From Acidimicrobiia bacterium (GTDB lineage Bacteria; Actinomycetota; Acidimicrobiia; Spongiisociales; ZC4RG35): a stretch of DNA of 64,000 nt. Under the pieces are notes generated by a model. The model was given only the letters and a program-made list of their open reading frames with translations, ran no database searches and had not been told where the DNA came from. Position numbers and translations under genes: made by a program. Shown here in pieces: positions 9,386 through 17,108 of this stretch. The first letter of the stretch is position 1, and each line of letters begins with the position of its first letter. The stretch spans positions 8,141-72,140 of the forward strand of contig JBBDHT010000067.1 of assembly GCA_040880765.1 (NCBI GenBank), in the 5' to 3' direction.

Positions 9386-10683
9386 TTCCCCGCCCTCTCC
9401 TTTTCCATCTCCAACACCAATTCCTGAAACCGATCCCCGCGTTCTCCGTATGAGCCAAACTGGTCGAAACTCGCACAGCCCGGAGCCAGCAGGACAGTGT
9501 CACCGCGCCGAGCGTGTGCGTCGGCGATACGAACCGCCTCCTCGAGGGTCCCGGCGAGCTTCCCGATACCACCCGCCCCGGCTACGATCTCAGGGCCCGC
9601 CTCACCTATCCCCAGAACAAGGCTCAGATTCGGCTCCTCAGCCAGGATGCTGACATCGATGCCCTTGGCCAGCCCGCCGGCGATCAGGATGACCCGGTCG
9701 TGGGCCCGTATCGATGCCAGAGCGGCATGCGGGTTGGTCGCCTTGGAATCGTCAACCCAGTCGACGCCGCCAATACGGGACACGATCTGGCGACGGTGGG
9801 CCCCCGGGCGGTACCCGGTGGCTGCAGTTGATACCGCCCCGGCAGAGGCACCCATCCACAACGCCAGAGCTGCCGACATGGCAAGGTTGGAGAGATGGAT
9901 CGGGTCGTTGAATTCCAATTGATCCACGGGGACGCTCACGTCGCCGACTACCAGAGATCCGCCATCCACTCCGCCGCCTCCTTCGGGCAGGCTCCGCCCC
10001 GAGATCGGAAACCTCTCACTGGAGGCCCCGGTGATCAGCAAGACCGCGCCCTCGTCGTCAGAGTCGTAAACGAGGAGGTCTTCTGAAGTCTGGTTCTTGT
10101 AGATGTTTCTTTTCGCCGCCGCATAGCCCGACGGTGATCCGTGCCAGTCGAGATGATCCACGGCGACATTGGTCACAGCGGCAGCCACCGGGTGGAAGGT
10201 CTCGGTGAAGCGGAGCTGAAAGCTCGACGTTTCCACCACGAGAGCGTCATGGGGGCCATCGACAAAATCAGAGAGCGGAAACCCGATGTTGCCCGTGGCC
10301 AGCGCATCGATACCCGACTCATTGAGCATCAGAGCCGTAGCCTCGGTCACGGTTGTCTTGCCGTTGGTCCCGGTGATCGCGACCATCGGGATCGTTGTGT
10401 GGCGCGAAGCGAACTCGATTTCGCTCCATACCGGCAGACCGGCCTCGAGACAATCCACAACGGGCCTGGAACGCTCGGAGAAGCCCGGTGAGCTGATTAC
10501 GAAGTCGATCCCCCCGGCCAGGACGGGGTCCCAAGGCCCCGAGGCGATGCTCATGCCTGTCTCGTAGGCCTCGGCTGACGGCTCCTGGTCGAACAGAGTC
10601 ACGCTGTTCCCGAGGCGCCCGGCGAGGCGGCCGGCGGCCAGGCCGGAGACTCCGGCGCCAAGTATGAGGACCCTGCTGCTCAC
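9382..10683 (-). CDS. murD: UDP-N-acetylmuramoylalanine--D-glutamate ligase MurD
   Basis: VLILGAGVSGLAAG Rossmann N-terminus and GTNGKTT P-loop. Start placed at GTG 10683, which forms a GTGA overlap with the mraY stop; the longer track ORF would overlap mraY by 111 nt. Confidence 0.9.
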   Translation of the reverse strand: MSSRVLILGAGVSGLAAGRLAGRLGNSVTLFDQEPSAEAYETGMSIASGPWDPVLAGGIDFVISSPGFSERSRPVVDCLEAGLPVWSEIEFASRHTTIPMVAITGTNGKTTVTEATALMLNESGIDALATGNIGFPLSDFVDGPHDALVVETSSFQLRFTETFHPVAAAVTNVAVDHLDWHGSPSGYAAAKRNIYKNQTSEDLLVYDSDDEGAVLLITGASSERFPISGRSLPEGGGGVDGGSLVVGDVSVPVDQLEFNDPIHLSNLAMSAALALWMGASAGAVSTAATGYRPGAHRRQIVSRIGGVDWVDDSKATNPHAALASIRAHDRVILIAGGLAKGIDVSILAEEPNLSLVLGIGEAGPEIVAGAGGIGKLAGTLEEAVRIADAHARRGDTVLLAPGCASFDQFGSYGERGDRFQELVLEMEKERAGK

Positions 10684-11747
10684 AGAATCCCTTCCAACCT
10701 CAGAAAGTCGGCGTAGAAGAGCCCCAGTCCCAATGCCACACCAATCCCGGTGAGGATCCAGAAGCGAATTACGACCGTGGTCTCCGGCCATCCGCTCAGG
10801 TCGAAATGGAAGTGGATCGGGGCCATTCGAAAGATGCGGTTCCCGGTGAGCTTGAAACTCGCCACCTGCAGGATCACGGACAACGTCTCGGCCACGTAGA
10901 TGGCACCGAGTATTACCAGGAGGAGGTGGGTGTTGGTCAGCAAAGCCAGAGCCGCAAGCAGCCCACCAATGCCCTGTGATCCGACATCACCCATGATTAT
11001 CTTCGCGGGAGGCGCGTTCCACCACAGAAACCCGAGGATTGCTCCGAACATGGCCGCTGAAACCACGGCGAGCTCCAACGGGTCGACCGCCTGGTAGAAA
11101 TCGCGATCCCCAGCAGGAAATTGGTTTCGGAACTGCCAGAAGGCGATGACGGTGAACGACGCCACAACGAGGGCCGAAGAGCCGGCAGCGAGCCCGTCCA
11201 TGCCGTCGGAGAGGTTCACACCATTTGCCGCACCGGTGAGCATGAAGAGGACCCAGATCACGAAGAAGATGCCCAGGTCGATCCCGAGGGGGCGGACGAA
11301 AGAGATCTCGGTGACGACCCCGGCTGACGTCGCTCCCCAGGCGAACAGGGCGGCGATGGTGAGCTGACCTCCGAACTTTGCGACCTTGGAGAGTCCGAGA
11401 CTGCGCCGGTTGGAGTACTTGATCCAATCGTCGGCCAGCCCGACGAGAGCCATCCCGGTCAGGGCGAATATCGCGAGGAGGCCGCCCGGTGCGAATTCGA
11501 GAATCTCGAATTCGAAGCCGGAAGGAGTCCAGATCCGCAGGTGCGAGACCGCATACCCGAATACCGCAGCTCCGACAAAAACAATCCCGCCCATGGTCGG
11601 CGTTCCCTGCTTGTGGGCGTGCATCCCGGCGATCTCCTCCTGGATGAACTGGCCGATCGAGCGGCGCCGGAAAAACCCAATGGCAAAACGGGTTCCGACG
11701 ATCGACACGACCAAAGAGACCCCGGCGGCGATGAGCAGAGAAATCAC
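10680..11747 (-). CDS. mraY: Phospho-N-acetylmuramoyl-pentapeptide transferase MraY
   Basis: 355-aa polytopic membrane protein whose N-terminus MISLLIAAGVSLVVSIVGTRFAIGFFRRR is typical of MraY, with a conserved DD-containing loop. ATGA overlap with murE. Confidence 0.95.
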   Translation of the reverse strand: MISLLIAAGVSLVVSIVGTRFAIGFFRRRSIGQFIQEEIAGMHAHKQGTPTMGGIVFVGAAVFGYAVSHLRIWTPSGFEFEILEFAPGGLLAIFALTGMALVGLADDWIKYSNRRSLGLSKVAKFGGQLTIAALFAWGATSAGVVTEISFVRPLGIDLGIFFVIWVLFMLTGAANGVNLSDGMDGLAAGSSALVVASFTVIAFWQFRNQFPAGDRDFYQAVDPLELAVVSAAMFGAILGFLWWNAPPAKIIMGDVGSQGIGGLLAALALLTNTHLLLVILGAIYVAETLSVILQVASFKLTGNRIFRMAPIHFHFDLSGWPETTVVIRFWILTGIGVALGLGLFYADFLRLEGIL

Positions 11748-13225
11748 GGTCCCATGCTCCCCGAATCGGAACGATTATTGGTGGACTTCCGCAAAAGTTT
11801 CAGAGATTCACGCGCCGTCTCCCGATCATCGAATGGCGTCACCAACCCGCCTATCTCCTGGCCCGGTTCGTGGCCTTTGCCCAGGATCAAGACCACGTCT
11901 CCCGGGAGGGCCATCCCGATCGCCTCGGCGATGGCCCTTCTCCGGTCTCTCTGGCGGGTTGCACCGGTGGTTACGCCTTCCATCACATCTTCGATGATCC
12001 TGTCCGGGTCTTCCGACCGGGGATTGTCGCTCGTGACCACCAGCACATCGGCGGACGAGGCTGCCCTGCCCATGAGGGGTCGCTTGGCGCGGTCACGGTC
12101 GCCGCCGGCACCGAACACGGCGATCAGCTTCCCGGAGGTCATCGCGCGCCCGGTCGCGACCGCCATGGCAATCCCGTCGGGAGTGTGGGCGTAGTCGACC
12201 ACGACCGTAGGCTCCCCTTCTCCCGAAACGATCTCAAAACGGCCGGGAACGGGGCCGATGTCGCCGAGGTGATCGATCAAGTCTTCAGTCGCTGCCCCGG
12301 CGGCCACCGAAGCGGCGAATGCGACCACGAGATTGGATACGTTGAATCGGCCGTGCACAGCCGCCGACCCCTCGAACATCCCGTGAGGAGTGAGAAGCTG
12401 GAAGCCAGTTCCTGATGGAGCCGGCTCGATATCGATGACCTCATAGTCTCCGCCGCTCCCGACGGTCAACTGCTGGCCCTCGAACGCCGTGGAGAGGCTG
12501 CGTCCCATCGCATCATCGATGTTGAAGACCGCCGTGCCTATCTCGAAATCCCGAAACAGCCTTGCCTTGGCATCGCGATACCGCTCCATCGAGCCGTGGA
12601 AGTCGAGATGGTCTCGTGACAGGTTGGTGAAGGCGGCGACAGCGAACCTGGTCCCGTCCACCCGGCGCAGGGCCAGCGCATGGGAGGAAACCTCGACTGC
12701 CGCTTTGGCAATGCCCGAATCTCGCATTCTGGCAAGGAGACGCTGGAAATCGGAGGCCTCGGGTGTGGTCCGCACCGACGTCAGCGATTCGCTCCCGATG
12801 CGGCTGGCGATCGTGCCGATGATCCCGGTGTTGAAACCCGACATCCCCAGCAACGACTCCAGGTAGTGGGTCACCGTCGTCTTCCCATTGGTACCGGTGA
12901 CGCCGATCACATCGACGGTCTGCGATGGATGGCCGTGGACTTCGGCGGCTAGCTCGCCAAGTATGTCTCGTGTGTTTCTGACGACGAGCTGACTGACGTC
13001 GGAGGCAACTCGCCGCTCGACACACACTGCAGCGGCTCCTGCTTGTGTCGCCTGATCGACATAGTCGTGGCCGTCGTGATCCGCACCCCGGATCGCGACG
13101 AAAATCGTGCCCGGGCCAGCCTCACGAGAATCGTGGGTGACGTCATGAACACGAGTCTCAGGAATTCCAACGACATTGCCCTGTACCGCCTTCGCCAGTT
13201 CCGATAACGTCTTACTCGATTCCAT
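11744..13225 (-). CDS. murE: UDP-N-acetylmuramoyl-L-alanyl-D-glutamate--2,6-diaminopimelate ligase MurE
   Basis: DSREAGPG N-terminal motif, GTNGKTT P-loop and the meso-DAP specificity motif DNPR (VVTSDNPRSEDP). Start chosen at MESSKTLSEL (GGGAG 9 nt upstream); the ORF-track start at 13312 overlaps ftsI by 100 nt. Confidence 0.9.
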   Translation of the reverse strand: MESSKTLSELAKAVQGNVVGIPETRVHDVTHDSREAGPGTIFVAIRGADHDGHDYVDQATQAGAAAVCVERRVASDVSQLVVRNTRDILGELAAEVHGHPSQTVDVIGVTGTNGKTTVTHYLESLLGMSGFNTGIIGTIASRIGSESLTSVRTTPEASDFQRLLARMRDSGIAKAAVEVSSHALALRRVDGTRFAVAAFTNLSRDHLDFHGSMERYRDAKARLFRDFEIGTAVFNIDDAMGRSLSTAFEGQQLTVGSGGDYEVIDIEPAPSGTGFQLLTPHGMFEGSAAVHGRFNVSNLVVAFAASVAAGAATEDLIDHLGDIGPVPGRFEIVSGEGEPTVVVDYAHTPDGIAMAVATGRAMTSGKLIAVFGAGGDRDRAKRPLMGRAASSADVLVVTSDNPRSEDPDRIIEDVMEGVTTGATRQRDRRRAIAEAIGMALPGDVVLILGKGHEPGQEIGGLVTPFDDRETARESLKLLRKSTNNRSDSGSMGP

Positions 13226-14978
13226 CGGGAGTAACTCCCAACCTATGGAGTGCATGCTCCATGACCTCTGCGAAGACCGGTGCCGCCGACACACCTCCGG
13301 TCCGATATTCATGCGACGGCGCGTCGATCACAACCGCAACCACCACTTTCGGGTCGTCGATGGGTCCCATGCCGACAAAGCTGGCCCTCGTGGCTTCCAC
13401 ATAGCGGCCATCCTCACCGAGCTTGTTGGCAGTACCGGTCTTTCCGCCCACCCGGTAGCCGTCCACCTGCGCGTTCTGCCCGGTGCCGCGCTCGACCACT
13501 CCAGCCAGCAACTCCCGCATGAGAGAGGCAGTCTCCGGCGACACCACCATCCGGGTCTCGATCCCGGCAACTTCGGTATTGCCCTGTGCATCCACTGTTG
13601 AAGAAACGATATGAGGGCTGGTCCAGATCCCGTTGTTTCCGATGGCGGCATAGGCGGCTGCCATCTGTAGCGGTGTAACTGCCACCGAATAGCCAATGGC
13701 GCCCGATGCCCAGCAGGTCTCGCACCCGGCAGCGAAGTTGAGCAGACCCGTCGCCTCCGCGCCGTAGTCGATGCCGGTCGGCGACCCCAGGCCGAATGCC
13801 TTGATGTACTCGACCATTCTCTCCTCACCAAGCACCTCAGCGACGTTGATCGTTCCGACATTGGACGACTGGACGAAAATGTCTTCGACCGTCATATCGC
13901 GCGTTTCGTGCTTGTCGAAGTCGCGATAGCACCCATAAATGTTGTCGTCGTCGAAGTCGCAGGCACCTTCACGAAGTTCGATGACGTCCGCCACGTCGGG
14001 GAATATGGTCCCCACCTGGACCGCCCCGGTTTCCAGGGCTGCTGCCACTGTGATCAATTTCTGAGTCGAACCCGGCTCGTAGATCCCGCGCACGTTGAAA
14101 TTGGAGAACGGGTCGCCCTCGGTGGTCAGCCTGGTCACCGGATCGAATGCTGGGGCACCGGTCATCGCCAGCACCGCACCGGTCTCGACGTCCAGCGCTA
14201 CCACCCAGCACGCCTCAGCTTCGGCGGTCTCGAGCATCGCCTGACAAGCCTGCTGGGCCTGGTACTGAAGGGGCAGATCGATAGTTGTGTTCAGGTCGAT
14301 CCCCGGTACCGCAGGCACGATGTCGCTCATCCCCTGCGGGATGGGGATATTGTCCTTGTCCCGTTCGTAGAGTTCCCGGCCCGGGACACCGCTCAAGCCG
14401 TCTTCATAGATGATCTCCAGACCCTCCTGGCCCAGCCCGTCGATATCGACGAACCCAACCACATGGCTGGCAACGTCGCCGGCGGGATAGACACGGGTCG
14501 ACTCGGGACGTGAATAGACGCCCCTCACATTGAGAGCAAGTAACTCGTCGGCGACGTCTGAATCGACCTGCCGTTTGATGTAGACAAAGTCTTTGTCGGA
14601 GGTCAACCTTTCATACAAGACATCGGGATCGACCCCAAGCAGGGTCCCGAACTGCTGGGCGACCCACAACGGCTCCTCGACCTGACCGGGCACGGCAAAC
14701 AGGCTCTCGGCTTCTACGGTCATGGCAAGGAGGTCTCCGTTGCGGTCGAATATCTTCCCGCGTTGGGGTGGAAGCACACGACTGACGAGGCGCTGCTGCA
14801 GCCCTCGTTCGGCGACCTCGGGGCCCATCACGATCTGGATTTGCACCAGGCGCCAGGCCACGACCCCCCAAGCCAGAATGAGGACCAATCCGATCAACGC
14901 GAGCCTGATTCGCTGCGGGTTGACGCCGCGCCCGACCGTGACAGTGGCCACGTCAGGTGCTCGCCTGGAGCTCCTCAC
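13212..14978 (-). CDS. ftsI: Peptidoglycan D,D-transpeptidase FtsI (class B PBP)
   Basis: N-terminal TM anchor, then the SXXK (STQK), SSN and KTGT(A) transpeptidase motifs. Confidence 0.9.
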   Translation of the reverse strand: MRSSRRAPDVATVTVGRGVNPQRIRLALIGLVLILAWGVVAWRLVQIQIVMGPEVAERGLQQRLVSRVLPPQRGKIFDRNGDLLAMTVEAESLFAVPGQVEEPLWVAQQFGTLLGVDPDVLYERLTSDKDFVYIKRQVDSDVADELLALNVRGVYSRPESTRVYPAGDVASHVVGFVDIDGLGQEGLEIIYEDGLSGVPGRELYERDKDNIPIPQGMSDIVPAVPGIDLNTTIDLPLQYQAQQACQAMLETAEAEACWVVALDVETGAVLAMTGAPAFDPVTRLTTEGDPFSNFNVRGIYEPGSTQKLITVAAALETGAVQVGTIFPDVADVIELREGACDFDDDNIYGCYRDFDKHETRDMTVEDIFVQSSNVGTINVAEVLGEERMVEYIKAFGLGSPTGIDYGAEATGLLNFAAGCETCWASGAIGYSVAVTPLQMAAAYAAIGNNGIWTSPHIVSSTVDAQGNTEVAGIETRMVVSPETASLMRELLAGVVERGTGQNAQVDGYRVGGKTGTANKLGEDGRYVEATRASFVGMGPIDDPKVVVAVVIDAPSHEYRTGGVSAAPVFAEVMEHALHRLGVTPDGIE

Positions 14979-15032
14979 AACCGGGACACAAGGCCCCGTT
15001 CGTGAGCCCGACTCCAGCGCGTAGACGGGTGA

Positions 15033-15416
15033 TCACTGCGTGCCCTCCTGAGATGCCTGAACTACCTGTGGCGAGCCCCGGTCGAGATCAACCAGGATCT
15101 GATGGGTTTCCTCGGGGATGACCAGACCCATCTCCTCTGCGAGCGGTGCAATCCGGGCCGGATTCTCCAGACTTGCGATCTCGATGTTCAGATCGCGATT
15201 GATCTCCGTCTGCTCGGCAATGGCGGCGTTGAGCTCGGCCAACTCGAAGGCTGAGTTGTCGAGCGAAGTGCGGGCGAAGACGAGGCCAAGGAAGGCAGTG
15301 ACTCCCACCAACGCCATGATCATCCAAGGCGCGATAGCCGGCCTCCGGATCTTTCGACCCCGCAGGACCCGAAGTCCGCCCTCGGGATGGACGGCCTTCT
15401 GCGGGCGGGCGCTCAC
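15033..15416 (-). CDS. ftsL: FtsL-like cell division protein (bitopic, coiled-coil)
   Basis: GTG at 15416 forms a GTGA overlap with the rsmH stop. It is followed by a basic cytoplasmic segment, one TM helix (WMIMALVGVTAFLGLVF) and a leucine-zipper-like periplasmic coiled coil, in the conserved ftsL position. Confidence 0.55.
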   Translation of the reverse strand: MSARPQKAVHPEGGLRVLRGRKIRRPAIAPWMIMALVGVTAFLGLVFARTSLDNSAFELAELNAAIAEQTEINRDLNIEIASLENPARIAPLAEEMGLVIPEETHQILVDLDRGSPQVVQASQEGTQ

Positions 15417-16348
15417 GCTGCCACCTTTTCGGCGGCTCGCAGCAGAGCAGACCGAGCCCTCTTGTTGGAGCGGATCTCGGCATCGGAGGCGCGAACCGGC
15501 TTCCTGGTGAGGATGCGCAAAGATGCTGTGTTCCCGCATCCACAAACCGGGAGGCCGGGAGGGCAGGTGCAGCCTTTCGCCCCGGCAACGAAACGACGTT
15601 TGACGATTCGGTCTTCCAGGGAGTGGTAGCTGATTGCCAGAACCCGTCCGCCTGTCGCAAGTGAATCAATGGCTCCATCGAGGCCCGATTCGATGGCGTC
15701 GAGCTCACCGTTGACCGCGATCCGGATCGCCTGGAAGGTGCGGCGGGCAGGATGGCCCGCCCGTCGACGGGCTGCAGGCAACGCCGCCGCGATTGCCTCA
15801 GCCAGTTGGGCGGTGCTTTCGAGAGGTCGAGCGTCGACTATGGCCGTGGCAATTCGGCGAGCCTGCGGCTCCTCACCAAAGCGCCGGATGATTCTGGCCA
15901 GCTCATCCGTCGGCCATTCATTGACGATTTCCGATGCGGTTGTGGTGGCGTCAGGGCCCATTCTCATATCCAGGGGGCCGTCCTTACGGTAAGAGAAGCC
16001 GCGTTCCGGCTCGTCGAGCTGACGGGAAGAGACACCAAAGTCGAAGAGAACCGCTGCAGGGGTCACGGAGGCCCGGGCGGCGACCTCTCCCACCTCGGAG
16101 AAGTTGGCTTCGACCACGGACACGCCCAGGGCTGCGCCGTTGGCGACTGCCTCGGGATCCCGGTCGATGCCTATGATTTCCACGTCGTCTCCAAATTCCT
16201 CGATCACTCTCTTGCTGTGGCCGCCGCCGCCGAAGGTGGCGTCCACCACCACCCCGGGCATCACCGGTCTGATCAGCTCAATCACTTCGTCCACCAGGGC
16301 GGGACGGTGATAGTCCATGCTTTCTCTTCCGTCTCGGGTCTGGCTCAT
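15413..16348 (-). CDS. rsmH: 16S rRNA (cytosine1402-N4)-methyltransferase RsmH (MraW)
   Basis: SAM-binding VVVDATFGGGGHS motif. Start uncertain: ATG 16348 or ATG 16318 (MDYHRPALVDEV) fit homologue N-termini best. The TTG track start at 16459 is less likely because the added N-terminus is Pro-rich and non-conserved. Confidence 0.85.
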   Translation of the reverse strand: MSQTRDGRESMDYHRPALVDEVIELIRPVMPGVVVDATFGGGGHSKRVIEEFGDDVEIIGIDRDPEAVANGAALGVSVVEANFSEVGEVAARASVTPAAVLFDFGVSSRQLDEPERGFSYRKDGPLDMRMGPDATTTASEIVNEWPTDELARIIRRFGEEPQARRIATAIVDARPLESTAQLAEAIAAALPAARRRAGHPARRTFQAIRIAVNGELDAIESGLDGAIDSLATGGRVLAISYHSLEDRIVKRRFVAGAKGCTCPPGLPVCGCGNTASLRILTRKPVRASDAEIRSNKRARSALLRAAEKVAA

Positions 16349-16455
16349 TGCCAGCCCCCCGGGCGCTGGTACCAAATGGGAAGCGGGCGGAGTCAGGGGC
16401 CTTCCATTGGTGTCCGGGGGGCTGGCAAGAAGCCAGCCGCTGCTGCTGATCGGGA

Positions 16456-16878
16456 TCAATCCTCCTCATCTTCTTCGAGGTAAACCTCGTCTCCTGTTTC
16501 ACGGTCTGCCAGGTACCTGTCCTTGTTCCAGACCTCGATGTGGTCGAGGACGCCGAGCACAACGACCTCGCTGCTCGGCTCCAGGGTCGCGAATTGGCGA
16601 AGATCACCGTTGAGTTTCACCCGTCCGCCGGCGAGAACGTCCACAGAGTCCGCACCTGCAAATACGGTCCTGGCGAAGCGCCGACCCGAGCGGTTCTTCG
16701 GTTGTTCGGCGAGGACCTCTTCGGCGCGTTTTTGGAACTCTTCGGGGGTGTAGATCAGAAGCTGTCCGTCCTGGCCCTTGGTCACGACACAACCCGCCTT
16801 GAGCTCGTCACGAAAAGAGGAGGGCATGACCACCCTTCCCTTTTCATCCAGGCTGTGGAAGTACTCGCCAAGGAACAC
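16456..16878 (-). CDS. mraZ: Transcriptional regulator MraZ
   Basis: 140 aa; duplicated MraZ/SpoVT-AbrB-like halves (MFLGEYFHSLDEKGRVVMPSSFR ... EVWNKDRY). GTG start; first gene of the cluster. Confidence 0.9.
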   Translation of the reverse strand: MFLGEYFHSLDEKGRVVMPSSFRDELKAGCVVTKGQDGQLLIYTPEEFQKRAEEVLAEQPKNRSGRRFARTVFAGADSVDVLAGGRVKLNGDLRQFATLEPSSEVVVLGVLDHIEVWNKDRYLADRETGDEVYLEEDEED

Positions 16879-16935
16879 TTCATCTTCTCTCGTCCGTCCG
16901 TCCTGTCCTCAGACCCCATAACGACGTCTGTGTGT

Positions 16936-16967
16936 GACACTATGACCCACTTTACCCCACTTGTCAA
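16936..16967 (-). promoter_or_regulatory. Candidate Pmra promoter (-35 TTGACA, 17-nt spacer, -10 CATAGT) overlapped by three MraZ-box-like direct repeats GTGGG/GTGGG/GTGTC at 10-bp periodicity
   Basis: Minus-strand sequence is TTGACAaGTGGGgtaaaGTGGGtcataGTGTCacac, located 90-120 nt upstream of the mraZ GTG. MraZ operators in other bacteria are GTGG[GT] repeats spaced 10 nt apart. Confidence 0.45.
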
Positions 16968-17108
16968 CCTTTCGCTCCCTATCCAGAGCGCGACGCGGGT
17001 AAGAGAGGATGATCGGAGAGAGACGCGCGATCGGTCGTCACTTCTTTGGCTGTCCTCCCGCTTGCGCGGGGAAGGATGGAGAGTTGCGGGCCGGGAAGCC
17101 CGGTCAGA

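Noticed and set aside
15088-15708. 206-aa minus-strand ORF spanning the ftsL/rsmH junction
   Set aside because: Alternative frame overlapping the conserved RsmH C-terminus and FtsL. It has a low-complexity Arg/Pro/Ser composition.
16969-17108. Terminator for the helicase gene upstream of Pmra
   Set aside because: Two weak GC hairpins (CCGGGcttCCCGG; CCCGCgcaaGCGGG) exist but neither has a T-tract. Termination here cannot be supported from sequence alone.
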